From assembly GCA_963663765.2 (NCBI GenBank), contig CAXXUA010000006.1, forward strand, positions 352,001-416,000: a stretch of DNA of 64,000 bases. Reading direction: 5' to 3'. Origin of the DNA: Candidatus Poribacteria bacterium. GTDB taxonomy: Bacteria; Poribacteria; WGA-4E; WGA-3G. Within the stretch, counting starts at the first letter, position 1, and each line of letters opens with the position of its first letter. The notes under the pieces are model-generated. The model ran no database searches. It was given only the letters and a program-made list of their open reading frames with translations, and was not told the origin of the DNA. The translations under genes were made by a program, and so were the position numbers. Below are positions 34,712 through 44,867 of this stretch, one piece after another.

Positions 34712-36252
34712 CGCGCTATTCCGATGTAGTAATCATTGGTGGCGGCCTTGCGGGGTTGACTTTGGCACTTCAGCTGCGGCAAACGCTTCCGACACTCAGT
34801 GTGACAGTGCTTGAGCGGCACCGATACCCTGTTCCTGAAACAACTTTCAAGGTTGGTGAGTCAATGGTCGAGGTCTCTTCTTGGTATCTTCGAGAAACGT
34901 TGGGTTTAGGCGATCATCTTCTTGCGTCACACCTGCCCAAGTTTGGGTTGCGCTTTTTTATGAGTAACTCAGACAACAGGGATCTGGGATGCCGTCCGGA
35001 ATATGGTCTGCTCAGAATTCCAGAAGATATGCCCACTAAACCAAAGATGAACCTGCCGGGAATCCATCTGCCGACATATAACATTGACCGGGGACGTTTA
35101 GAGAACCATCTTCTGGAGTGCTGTCGCAAGATTGGTGCTGAAGTTATAGAAGCGTGCAAAGTTAAAAGTTTGAATCTCGGTGATCCGCATGAACTTGTCA
35201 CCGACACAAGTATGCCCAATTCAAAACTACGGTCGCGTTGGATTATTGACGCAACTGGTCGTGCGGGGTTCCTCGCGCGGCGTTTGAAACTTAGACAGAC
35301 GCGAGAACATGAGGTCAATGCTGCATGGTTTCGGCTTGCTGGACGGATAGACCCAGATTGTTGGAGCGAGGATACAGCGTATCACGATAGAACACGTCCA
35401 GGTCTACGTTGGCTAAGCACGAATCATTTAATGGGAGACGGTTACTGGATCTGGCTGATTCCACTTCCAAGTGGTGCTACGAGCGTCGGCATTATGGCAG
35501 ATCCTAACCGGCATGCGCTTGAGCAACTCAACCGATTTGAAAAGGTGTTGACTTGGCTTAAACGACGGGAACCGCAACTGGCTGAGGTTGTCAGTTCTAT
35601 GGAACATCTGGACTTTCACGCCATGAAAGCGAGATCTTATCTCTGTCGTCGGACACTTTCGGCGGATCGTTGGGCACTCTGCGGTGAATCCGCTTTTTTT
35701 GTAGATGCACTCTATTCACCGGGCGGCGATTTCATCGCTGTGGGGAACACCCTCATCACACAGATGATTGCGGCAGATTACGCCGAAGATCGACTCCGAT
35801 TAGCAATTCTTGCCAGATTTGGTGAGGGGTTGCTTAAAGGCATGTTCCGGCACTATTTTGGGTTGTATCACGGAAACTACGCGTTGATGGGGAGACCTGG
35901 AACCATGCTACAGAAGGTTGCATGGGACACTGCCGTTTACTTCGCTTACAATGTTCTGCTTTTCTGTAACGATCATTTCTGTGACCCTGGGTTTCACCAG
36001 ATGATTAAAAAGGAAAATGCCCTATTAGAGAGTCTGCAACAGCGTATGATACACCATTTCAAACGGTATGAATCACCAAGAAACTCTTACGCTGGGTACT
36101 TTATTGATCAAGCCTATGTTGAGCATGTTCAGTCGCTCTATTTGTCCAGTGAAGACCGTTTAGAAGATGTTGATGTGCTCAAAGCCCGGTTAAAAGAAAA
36201 TATAGATATCTTAGAGGATTTTAGCAAAACAATAGAGGAAATTGTGAGGTGA
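34708..36252 (+). CDS. Flavin-dependent halogenase-like protein
   Basis: GGGLAG FAD motif, KVGES, DATGR, WIWLIP (WxWxIP) and FVDALYSPG. Confidence 0.85.
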   Translation: MTRYSDVVIIGGGLAGLTLALQLRQTLPTLSVTVLERHRYPVPETTFKVGESMVEVSSWYLRETLGLGDHLLASHLPKFGLRFFMSNSDNRDLGCRPEYGLLRIPEDMPTKPKMNLPGIHLPTYNIDRGRLENHLLECCRKIGAEVIEACKVKSLNLGDPHELVTDTSMPNSKLRSRWIIDATGRAGFLARRLKLRQTREHEVNAAWFRLAGRIDPDCWSEDTAYHDRTRPGLRWLSTNHLMGDGYWIWLIPLPSGATSVGIMADPNRHALEQLNRFEKVLTWLKRREPQLAEVVSSMEHLDFHAMKARSYLCRRTLSADRWALCGESAFFVDALYSPGGDFIAVGNTLITQMIAADYAEDRLRLAILARFGEGLLKGMFRHYFGLYHGNYALMGRPGTMLQKVAWDTAVYFAYNVLLFCNDHFCDPGFHQMIKKENALLESLQQRMIHHFKRYESPRNSYAGYFIDQAYVEHVQSLYLSSEDRLEDVDVLKARLKENIDILEDFSKTIEEIVR

Positions 36253-37028
36253 GTATACACGTTGATCGTGTGAGGGTGCGGTTATCTCAATTATTCCGTG
36301 ATATACCACAGCCTTCGCCTATTGATGTCCATCCAAAAATATATGAGCGTGTATCGGATGCACGTGCATACTTTTTGCGTGGATTCAGTGAAGCACTGAA
36401 GGTTCCACCGGAAGCACTGCCTAATCTTTTGCAGGTTACGCCATTTCAAGGGCGTGGTTTCGCAATTGAAGGTATGGCTATGGCACTTACCTTAATGGAT
36501 GAATTAAGCCCAGTACCATATAGTAGGCTCTGTGTCTTGTTTGATGGTAGATCAGCTGAAGAACAGACACTTGCTGCGATTGGTGTCGGATGGGCAAGTG
36601 CGCGCTTGGGCAAACCGCTTGACTGGTCACCGACGGCGTTAGGTTCACATTATATGTCCGCAGTTGTAGACGGGTACGGCTTTCACCAAGGATTCTTCCA
36701 TCTCCAGCGGTTCACAGGCAGAGGATTTCCTATGAACACTGGCGTATTAAGCAATTTTTATGATATAGGTCTCGGACGTGCATTGTGGTTTGTTCATATC
36801 GGTCGCGTTGAACCTATTGTACACACGATTGACAGATTTTTACCGGACCGACGTATTCAACTTTGGCAAGGGGTCGGTACTGCTTGTGCTTTTACGGGTA
36901 GCACAGAATATGCAGCGGCACAGATAGGTGAAGCCGCTGCAAAGTTTGTGTCTGATTTTCAAATAGGATTAAAAACTGGCAAGCAATTGCTACATAATTT
37001 CGCTAAACAAACGGAGAAAATAAAATGA
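36249..37028 (+). CDS. DUF1702 family protein (enediyne E3/UnbL-like)
   Basis: GFAIEGMAMAL, IGVGWASAR, DGYGFHQGFF, DIGLGRALWF and LWQGVGTAC motif series. Confidence 0.78.
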   Translation: MSIHVDRVRVRLSQLFRDIPQPSPIDVHPKIYERVSDARAYFLRGFSEALKVPPEALPNLLQVTPFQGRGFAIEGMAMALTLMDELSPVPYSRLCVLFDGRSAEEQTLAAIGVGWASARLGKPLDWSPTALGSHYMSAVVDGYGFHQGFFHLQRFTGRGFPMNTGVLSNFYDIGLGRALWFVHIGRVEPIVHTIDRFLPDRRIQLWQGVGTACAFTGSTEYAAAQIGEAAAKFVSDFQIGLKTGKQLLHNFAKQTEKIK

Positions 37029-38116
37029 AAAGAAGAGATTTCTTGATAGGTGGTATGGGTGCCCTGGCAGCCGGTGTCACCGGTTGTGCGGGGATCAACC
37101 AAGTTATTGCCCCAAGTTGGTCCGATGTTACGCCTTTGGAGATGGATCGTTTTCTAATTGCTTCGGATGAAGCAATGAATCGCATTGTGGAAAACCCAGA
37201 CGGAGGGCACGCTATCAGTAAACTTCAACAGAAACCGATGCGTGAAAAAGACGCACAGCTGTTCCGTCAAAGTATGCGCTCTCTCCTACTCGTCGGCAAC
37301 TTCGGTGATTTATCTGTAGCTGGCCAAGTGCATCCGGGTGTCCAGAAAAGGCTTCACTACTCTGCTCCAGAGATGGGTGCAGCGGCCTTTGGTACAATGA
37401 ATCAGATGAGGTCGCTGTCTCCGACTGCGCGTGCCGATATTCAATCAGTTCTCCGTGAAGATCCCACGCTTGGTGCTCAAACGCTTGAGGCAATGGACCT
37501 TGAAGCTGCTGCTGTCGGGGCATCTAATCGTCGCCGAAAGCAGTTGCATGTGATAGGGCAACGTATCATTGATCGTTTGAAGCATTCCTCAGACATGTTT
37601 ATTAACGAATATGTCACCAAATGCGAAAAACTTGCAGCCTTATCAGGTTCCGCTGCTGAAACGCAGCGATTTATGGCGGCGCGCATAGGGCAGGCAGCTT
37701 TTAAAGCCCGGCTTAAGGAAGCAGAAAACGCGGTTCGGTATTGGCAAAAGCAGGATCTTGAAGATATTCCCATTAGCTATCAACCGGTGACAGATAAAGG
37801 AATAAACGACGAAAATTTGCCAGATGTTGCCAGCCAAGATCAACGCAAACCACAGCAGTTGCCGAAACCGGGAAATATAGCGAGCCAAAGTGGTAGCGAG
37901 CCAAGTGATGGTTGGTACAGATCAGGTTTATTTATGCTTGGGATTAGTAGTGTAGTCTTTGTGAGCGGTTTGGGACTCATCGCAATTGGTGGTGGCATAG
38001 ATTCAGAAGTGGGCAACGTTGGAGCAATTATGACCATCGGAGCTGTGTTACTTGGGATGTTTAGTTGTTGTATTATCCTCATCGGAGGTATTATAGATAT
38101 ATTTGATGGTCCATGA
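37025..38116 (+). CDS. Tat-exported lipoprotein with C-terminal TM helices
   Basis: MKRRDFL twin-arginine motif, VTGC lipobox, two hydrophobic C-terminal segments. Confidence 0.75.
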   Translation: MKRRDFLIGGMGALAAGVTGCAGINQVIAPSWSDVTPLEMDRFLIASDEAMNRIVENPDGGHAISKLQQKPMREKDAQLFRQSMRSLLLVGNFGDLSVAGQVHPGVQKRLHYSAPEMGAAAFGTMNQMRSLSPTARADIQSVLREDPTLGAQTLEAMDLEAAAVGASNRRRKQLHVIGQRIIDRLKHSSDMFINEYVTKCEKLAALSGSAAETQRFMAARIGQAAFKARLKEAENAVRYWQKQDLEDIPISYQPVTDKGINDENLPDVASQDQRKPQQLPKPGNIASQSGSEPSDGWYRSGLFMLGISSVVFVSGLGLIAIGGGIDSEVGNVGAIMTIGAVLLGMFSCCIILIGGIIDIFDGP

Positions 38117-40041
38117 AAATTGTCGTCACTGGTCTCGGGGTACACTGTGCTTTGGGCAAAAACATTCAAACGTTCTGGCATGCTATAGAACAAGGCAGCA
38201 GCGGTATTGCATCTATCAATCGCTTCAACGTTGATTCATTTGATACCGAGTTGGGGGCGATGGTGTGTTCGGGCGATCGCTACGACACCGACGCACAACG
38301 TCTCTTGGCTTACGGGTGTGCTGCAGCCACTGAGGCGCTCCAACATGCCAAAATTGGCAATAGGGATCGAGTTGGCTTGGTGCTTGGGACTTGTAATGGA
38401 TTGTTGGGGAGAGAGTTACACAGTGTAAGCACTGATCTCGCGAGCACCTTGAAACTTGAAGGACCCGCTATTACTGTTTCAACAGCGTGTGCATCGTCCG
38501 CGCATGCGATAGGGTTCGCTGCAGATTTGGTACAACACGGTGTCGTTACGTCTGTTCTTGCAGGTGGCGTAGATATTCTCAGCGCAGAGATTTTCGCTGG
38601 ATTTCACAGTTTGGGTCTTCTCTCTAAACACCCGTGTGCGCCCTTCAGTACAAATATTGGAACTACCCTTGGTGAAGGTGCTGCGTTTATGGTTCTTGAA
38701 TCTGAATGCTCAGCGAAAGCACGGGATGCTACACCTCTGGCAGAATTCATGGGCTACGGATTGTCTGCCGATGCCTACCACGATACAACGCCTATCCCGT
38801 CAGGCTTAGGGATGTCACAGTCACTTACTGTTGCTGTGAAGGATGCAGGACTTACCTCCGAGGAAATTAACTATCTTAATGCTCATGGCACAGGCACAGC
38901 CTCGAACGATGCGTCTGAATGGCGGGGAATTCAGCGCGTCTTCGGCGATTTTGCTAACCTATTACCAGTTAGTTCAAGCAAGAGTTTTCTCGGCCACGCA
39001 CAAGGTGCTGCCGGTGCACTTGAGGCAGTGGTAACTTTGATGGCTATGAAGCACAAAGTTGTCCCTCCGACCATCAATGTTACGCAACTCCGTCGCAACG
39101 CTCCGACGGATCCCGTTGCAGAACCAAAACCGAGACCGTATATGATACGGCACGCCATAAGTACCAATGCGGCGTTTGGAGGTGTCAACACTGCCTTGGT
39201 TTTTGGGCAAGCAGATGGGACACCACGAGACCAGAGAGAAGTTCCACGTTTTATAAGCCTTACTGGCGAGGGAACAGTTCAAGATGGTCAACAAGTTATC
39301 CAGTTCGCGCCGCGTCCTGAGCTGCGAGGTATAGATATGTCAGCGCGCCTTCTCGCCGGTGCGACCGGTGCTGCCTTAGCAGATGCCGGAGTCCGCCTTC
39401 GAACATCAGGCTGCGAAGAGGTTGGTCTTTTCGTTGGTCAGACCCGAGTCTCGCCAGAGAGTGTCAAAGCCTTTGATAAAAGTGTTCAAGCAGGCGGATT
39501 AACACACCTTTCGGTAGCTGCCTTCACGCGAATGGTCTGTAATTATGCGACCGGTGTTTGTTGCAGACTTTTTGGATTAAAAGGTCCCACAGCGACACTT
39601 TCAACCGGAGTGGATAGTGGACTTACGGCTCTTATTTTTGCGGCAGACCATCTCGCCTGGCGTGATGATGTTAATCACCTATTGGCTGCAGCAGTTGACG
39701 AATCGGACGAATCGGATAATTATGAAAATGGAGCTGCCAGTATTCTTCTTAAAGCGGGAGAAGCGTCTGCTCCTATTAATCTAACCGGATGGGCACTTGC
39801 AACAAATTGTGAATTAGCTACTGAACGGGCTTTGGCGAATGCATCTCTCAACCGCGAAGCGGTTGTGCCGATGGCTGTTCCGGGACCCCCTACCGTTGCT
39901 GGACTTTGGGCAGTTATCGCTGCTATGGATGCCTTAAAAGCAGGGGCAAATGGGCCTTTCCTTATATGTAACCGAGGTGAGGGATCTGTAGGCGCAGCTG
40001 TCATTCTGCAAACTGGGAGCAAAGCATGCAACCTGAACTAA
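38113..40041 (+). CDS. Type II ketosynthase fused to an inactive KS-like (CLF-like) domain
   Basis: TACASS, HGTGT and KSFLGHAQGAAG (Cys-His-His); second domain GLKGPTATLSTGVDSG lacks the Cys. Confidence 0.9.
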   Translation: MKIVVTGLGVHCALGKNIQTFWHAIEQGSSGIASINRFNVDSFDTELGAMVCSGDRYDTDAQRLLAYGCAAATEALQHAKIGNRDRVGLVLGTCNGLLGRELHSVSTDLASTLKLEGPAITVSTACASSAHAIGFAADLVQHGVVTSVLAGGVDILSAEIFAGFHSLGLLSKHPCAPFSTNIGTTLGEGAAFMVLESECSAKARDATPLAEFMGYGLSADAYHDTTPIPSGLGMSQSLTVAVKDAGLTSEEINYLNAHGTGTASNDASEWRGIQRVFGDFANLLPVSSSKSFLGHAQGAAGALEAVVTLMAMKHKVVPPTINVTQLRRNAPTDPVAEPKPRPYMIRHAISTNAAFGGVNTALVFGQADGTPRDQREVPRFISLTGEGTVQDGQQVIQFAPRPELRGIDMSARLLAGATGAALADAGVRLRTSGCEEVGLFVGQTRVSPESVKAFDKSVQAGGLTHLSVAAFTRMVCNYATGVCCRLFGLKGPTATLSTGVDSGLTALIFAADHLAWRDDVNHLLAAAVDESDESDNYENGAASILLKAGEASAPINLTGWALATNCELATERALANASLNREAVVPMAVPGPPTVAGLWAVIAAMDALKAGANGPFLICNRGEGSVGAAVILQTGSKACNLN

Positions 40042-40328
40042 AAGAAAAAATTGAACATCGTGAAAATACACTCAATCGTGTGATTGAACTGCTAATTTCC
40101 GGTCTGCAACTTGATCGTTCTTATGAAGAATTAGATCCGGATACACCCCTTTTCGGTACCGGACTCGGGCTTGACTCTGTAGATGCTGTTGAGATCGTTG
40201 TGGCTTTGGAATCGGAATTCGGTGTTTCACTTGAGGAAGGTGATAGCATGTTCGCCCTACGCACAATTAATTCCCTTGTGGATGTGGTACTGAGTCAAAG
40301 TGAGGATAATCTTGATGACGGAAGCTGA
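40026..40328 (+). CDS. Acyl carrier protein
   Basis: PLFGTGLGLDSVDAVE phosphopantetheine site; acidic, 100 aa. Confidence 0.92.
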   Translation: MQPELKEKIEHRENTLNRVIELLISGLQLDRSYEELDPDTPLFGTGLGLDSVDAVEIVVALESEFGVSLEEGDSMFALRTINSLVDVVLSQSEDNLDDGS

Positions 40329-41343
40329 AATTAGTTATCATGCTATTCGTAACTCGGTTGCTTTTGCTGAAGAACCTGAGCTGCGGTGCCTGCAGCTGAC
40401 TGGTAGCCAAGCCATTGATGTGCTTGATGCCGTATGTCCATGCGATATCTTTCTTCAAGATGGGCAGATGAAGCACACATTGCTGCTGGACGATACGGGT
40501 GTCCCTTTTGCTGATGTGTATGTTTGCAGAGAAGACGAAAATGCGTATCTGATTGGCTATGGATCCAGTGCTGATGAGATTACCGACTGGATTACCAATC
40601 GCGCAACCGGTATTACCGATTTTTCAGTGGTCAATCTTGGCGAGTCATACGATAATTTGACAATTGAGGGTCCCTATGCTTGGGAACTGTGTGCGGAAGT
40701 ATTCGGGGCTGATATGCTCGGTTTACCCTATTTGGGGATGCAGGTGTTGAATGAAATGCTTGTGTTTCGTGCGGGCAGGACAGGGGAATATGGGTATCAC
40801 CTATTGGTGCCGACGGACCAAAAAGACAGTTGGATTGAAAATTTGCTTGCTACAGGTGCAGCATTCGAGATAGCACGCGCCGATGCGTCTGTCCGAGCCC
40901 AATGTGTATTAGAAAATTTCTTCTTTGATATCAATAGAGAAGGTGCGTATAATCTGACACCTTTGGAGTTGCAGCTACAGTGGCGGTTGTCCTCACAGAA
41001 AACCGCGTATCCCGGTGCTGAAGCGATACACGCGCGCCGACAATCTGGATGGACGCATAGGCTCACCTGTTTTACTACACCGGACCCTGTAAATGCTGAT
41101 GCAGAAATTACCTGTGAAGGTGTAGTCGTTGGGCATGTTTTAGTGGCAGGATATTCGCCTGCGCGAGGTGATTACGTGGGTAAGGCGTTGCTTCGCCAAC
41201 CGTATTGGCACGCTGGTTTGGATGCCTTTCAAGTCGGTGATATTCCTTTAAAGACCATCTCGGCTCCAGCGATCAATAACCTGAGTTTAAAAGTTAGCCC
41301 CTACCGTCACAGTTTTCACACGCGAGCGGAGGACCTAATCTGA
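40315..41343 (+). CDS. GcvT/aminomethyltransferase-like folate-binding protein
   Basis: YHAIRNSVA, MKHTLLLDDTG..FADVYV, IEGPYAWEL, RAGRTGEYGY and TPLELQLQW. Confidence 0.8.
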   Translation: MTEAEISYHAIRNSVAFAEEPELRCLQLTGSQAIDVLDAVCPCDIFLQDGQMKHTLLLDDTGVPFADVYVCREDENAYLIGYGSSADEITDWITNRATGITDFSVVNLGESYDNLTIEGPYAWELCAEVFGADMLGLPYLGMQVLNEMLVFRAGRTGEYGYHLLVPTDQKDSWIENLLATGAAFEIARADASVRAQCVLENFFFDINREGAYNLTPLELQLQWRLSSQKTAYPGAEAIHARRQSGWTHRLTCFTTPDPVNADAEITCEGVVVGHVLVAGYSPARGDYVGKALLRQPYWHAGLDAFQVGDIPLKTISAPAINNLSLKVSPYRHSFHTRAEDLI

Positions 41344-42086
41344 TGCGTTGGGAAGGTTCAACTGTGTTAGTCACGGGTGCTTCTCGAGGATTGGGAGGGA
41401 TCATCGCTAAAGCGTTTGCAGACGAAGGTGCCTTCGTCGGGATTGGTTACCGTCGCTTTGACAAGGGTGCTGAGAAAACGCTTGCCGAGATCCGCCGAGA
41501 TGGTGGAAGTGCTACACTGGTAAAAGCAGATGTGAGCGATGCTGAAGCAGTTGACAAGGCGATTAAAGTTTTCCTTGTTCAGCGTGAAGGTATTGATGTG
41601 TTGGTAAATAACGCAGCAATTGTAGAGGACAAGCCTTTCGCGCTCATGTCTACAGAGAGTTGGACAGCAATCCTTGAAACTAACCTCGGCGGTGTTTTCA
41701 ATTGTTCACGAGCAGTGGTCCGTTCAATGATGGCAAAAGGTAAAGGTTCTATTGTAAATATTGGTTCTGTAGCGGGGCTTATTGCTAGTCCTGGACAAGC
41801 CAATTACGCAGCATCTAAAGGTGGAATTATGGCTTTGACGCGTACTTTAGCGGCTGAACTTGCCCCTAAAGGGATTCGTGTTAATACTGTGGTGCCTGGA
41901 CTTCTCACAGAAGGTATGGCACAGCGAATGAATAGACACCTTGCTGAAGAGAAGCGATGCCACATTCCCTTAGCCCGTTTTGGAAACCCCGAAGAGGTTG
42001 CTCACGCAGTGCTTTTTCTCGCTTCCGATGAGGCGAGTTATATCACAGGGCAGCAGTTAGTCGTAGACGGAGGGTTGTCATTGTGA
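41343..42086 (+). CDS. 3-oxoacyl-ACP reductase (FabG-like SDR)
   Basis: TGASRGLG, NNA, GQANYAASK, YITGQ..VDGG. Confidence 0.93.
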   Translation: MRWEGSTVLVTGASRGLGGIIAKAFADEGAFVGIGYRRFDKGAEKTLAEIRRDGGSATLVKADVSDAEAVDKAIKVFLVQREGIDVLVNNAAIVEDKPFALMSTESWTAILETNLGGVFNCSRAVVRSMMAKGKGSIVNIGSVAGLIASPGQANYAASKGGIMALTRTLAAELAPKGIRVNTVVPGLLTEGMAQRMNRHLAEEKRCHIPLARFGNPEEVAHAVLFLASDEASYITGQQLVVDGGLSL

Positions 42087-42943
42087 AGACTGCCCTTCTC
42101 TTTAGCGGTCTGGGTGATCCCACTACGCACACAGTCCTGCAGCGGGAAATGGCACAAGATTCTCGATTGATTGAATGTGCTCTTCGTGCCAGCAACTGTA
42201 CTGCTGACTCGCTTTTTTCTGATGATGGACGCATGCTGCAGTTAAGCGAGGTAATTCAACCCTTACATATTGCTTTAGCGTTGACACAAGCACTCAGGGC
42301 GCGGGAGGAGGGCTTTGAAGCAGATTTCTTTGCTGGTCATTCTTTAGGAGAAGTCGCAGCATGGACATTCGCGGGCGCGATGTCCGCTGAAGATGCCATC
42401 GAAATCGCTGCAGTTCGGGGACGATCCATGGGGGCCGTTGCTCGTATCTATGAAGGCGATATGCTCGCGTTAACTGATATTGATGCGGGTGGGGTGCAAA
42501 AAATGCTGACTATTGGACAGACACACGGTCGGTTGACCGTGGGAGCATACAATGCACCTCAAGAAGTCGTTCTCACGGGAACGTTTCCGGCATTACAAGC
42601 AGTCGTACCTCTTTGCCAATCCCGCCGTTTAAACGTGGGCGGTCCCTGGCACAGCCCGCTTATGAAAGAAGCAACCCCAGAACTTGCTGCAGCGTTAGAC
42701 AGGGTGTGCATCAGACAAAATATTCGTCCTATTATTTCTGGAATCACTGGGGCTTGCATCAATGACACAAAAGATATAGTGTCTCAATTTCTGTCACAAT
42801 TGACTGAACCCTTACATTGGACGACTGCCCTCGCCACCTTAGCCTCATTAGGGGTTGAACGTTTCGTGATAGCAGGTCCGGGTAGAACACTCCGTTATTT
42901 GGTACGTCGTAATCTCCCCCAAGCAAAAGTAGCGTTGATATGA
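42083..42943 (+). CDS. Malonyl-CoA:ACP transacylase (FabD-like)
   Basis: GHSLGE, VRG, YNAPQEVV and PWHSPLM. Confidence 0.9.
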   Translation: MKTALLFSGLGDPTTHTVLQREMAQDSRLIECALRASNCTADSLFSDDGRMLQLSEVIQPLHIALALTQALRAREEGFEADFFAGHSLGEVAAWTFAGAMSAEDAIEIAAVRGRSMGAVARIYEGDMLALTDIDAGGVQKMLTIGQTHGRLTVGAYNAPQEVVLTGTFPALQAVVPLCQSRRLNVGGPWHSPLMKEATPELAAALDRVCIRQNIRPIISGITGACINDTKDIVSQFLSQLTEPLHWTTALATLASLGVERFVIAGPGRTLRYLVRRNLPQAKVALI

Positions 42944-42990
42944 AGTAGTCCCAAATTCTCTTATTTGACCTTGTTCAGGGAATACGCCTC

Positions 42991-43545
42991 TTGAAAGATG
43001 ATAGAAAATTTCTTATCGGTGCCGATGTCATTGCACACTTGATACCTGAGCGGCATCCAATGATTATGGTTGATCGGGTTATTGGTTATAGGAGTTCACC
43101 GCGACTCCAACTATCTGCCGAACGCTATGTGTCTGCTAACGAACCGGTATTTGTTGGGCATTTTCCAGATTTAAAATTGTGGCCCGGTGTTCACACTATT
43201 GAGGGTCTCCGACAATGCTGTGTACTTCTTGATGTCATTCGCCAACTGGAAAAAGTAGGGATGCTTGACGGACTTCTTGAGCTTCAAAGGGGCTATACGT
43301 TACAACTTCAAGTGGATCAAGTTCTGTGTCAGCGTGTGCTTGATACCCTACAAAGGTTACGTCAGCTTGAGCAATTGCCCCTTAGATTACGCGTAAAACT
43401 GCTTTCTCCGATTTTCGCGGGATGTACCATTGCGTATCAGGTCTATCAGAATACCCCAGACGTGCAGAGTTGGTCAGTACAAGCCGAAGTCAATGGGCAA
43501 AGCGTTGCGAAAGGAGAAATTGTATGTACATCTTTCGCTGGCTAA
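42991..43545 (+). CDS. FabZ-like dehydratase
   Basis: LIPERHPMIMVDRV and NEPVFVGHFP..WPGVHTIEGL. Confidence 0.82.
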   Translation: MKDDRKFLIGADVIAHLIPERHPMIMVDRVIGYRSSPRLQLSAERYVSANEPVFVGHFPDLKLWPGVHTIEGLRQCCVLLDVIRQLEKVGMLDGLLELQRGYTLQLQVDQVLCQRVLDTLQRLRQLEQLPLRLRVKLLSPIFAGCTIAYQVYQNTPDVQSWSVQAEVNGQSVAKGEIVCTSFAG

Positions 43546-44867
43546 CGTTGATGCTGGCACTACTCATTTGCGGTTGTAGTAAGGAATATCTCGTTTGGTA
43601 CGGTCACAGTCCTGACCGCCTCCACCGAGTAGAAGTCATTGAAAAAGATAAACGTCAACAACTCAAGTTAGACGCAACACTTTCGCAACCTTACCTTGGT
43701 GTGGCACTGGAAACCATTGTCTTTAGTAAAGATTCCAAACGTTTTGCCTATGCTGCTGAGACAGATTCGGGTTGGGTTGTCATCGCTGATGGCGTGCATA
43801 GCCGTCCATGGACAGGCGTCGGAGAAGTCGTATTTGGTCCTCAGCATCAACTCGCTTATGTTGCTGCGGATTCGGAAGGTTGGCGAGTTATACTCGAAAG
43901 CACACCGAGCTCTCCGTTTGAAGCTGTAATGCAAGGATCGCTTACCTTATCACCCAGGGGGTGCCGCCTCGCTTTCGTGGTTGTTGAGGGTAATCAATTC
44001 CGTGTCATTGTGGACGGAGAGGCTGACCCACTTTATGACGCTATTGGTATGCTTCGGTTCGTACCTATAGGTGAACAGTTCGTCTATGTTGCCAGAATAG
44101 GTGATCAACAATACCTCGCCTTAGATGAGAAATTGCTGGGACCGTTTGATTTACTTGCTGATTTCACCTTCGGTCCAAACGGCAAATTAGGTATACTGGC
44201 TCGATACAATGACGGATGGCAAGCAGTAATAGATGGTCAAAAGAGTGAAGTCTTTGATAACTTAGGCAGCATTCAATTCTCGCAAGGCGGACAGTATGCC
44301 TATGCTGCCGAACTGAACGATAGCTGGTTCATTATCCGAGATGGTGAACGCAGTTTAGCCTTTAGCAGCGTCAATCAACTTACTTTTGCGGGGGAGTCAT
44401 TATTCTACAAGGCAAGTTGTGACAGCGACAACTTTGTTGTCTCTGACACTATTCGCGGCCCATCATTGAAATGGGTAGGACGTTTGATTGTCAGTCCTGA
44501 TGGGCTTCACCTCGTCTACATGGGACAGCCTTGGGACGGGAGCGTCTCAGTTTTTCACAATGGGACGGTGAACGCTGTCCCTTACGCGCTAAAAGGCACA
44601 CTCGTTTTGAGCAACGACTATCAACATTGGGCATGCTTAGTGCAAAACGAAATTGATGGGGGCATTGATATTGTTGTTGATGGACAATTTCGTTACCCTT
44701 TTGATTTGGAAGAGATGATGGCACTCATCATGTTAACCCCTGATGCTTTGAGTTTCCAACACGAAAAAATGATACGCCGTTGGGTTAAAGCGGAACTCGA
44801 ACACTACTACGCCAAAGCAGCATCAACACAATCGTCTGAAAAGTCTAAGAATTCAACGCAAAAGTAA
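43524..44867 (+). CDS. Beta-propeller-like lipoprotein
   Basis: AAGGAG RBS, LLICGC lipobox, repeated FS.DG..FAY.A....W.VI.DG units. Confidence 0.72.
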   Translation: MYIFRWLTLMLALLICGCSKEYLVWYGHSPDRLHRVEVIEKDKRQQLKLDATLSQPYLGVALETIVFSKDSKRFAYAAETDSGWVVIADGVHSRPWTGVGEVVFGPQHQLAYVAADSEGWRVILESTPSSPFEAVMQGSLTLSPRGCRLAFVVVEGNQFRVIVDGEADPLYDAIGMLRFVPIGEQFVYVARIGDQQYLALDEKLLGPFDLLADFTFGPNGKLGILARYNDGWQAVIDGQKSEVFDNLGSIQFSQGGQYAYAAELNDSWFIIRDGERSLAFSSVNQLTFAGESLFYKASCDSDNFVVSDTIRGPSLKWVGRLIVSPDGLHLVYMGQPWDGSVSVFHNGTVNAVPYALKGTLVLSNDYQHWACLVQNEIDGGIDIVVDGQFRYPFDLEEMMALIMLTPDALSFQHEKMIRRWVKAELEHYYAKAASTQSSEKSKNSTQK

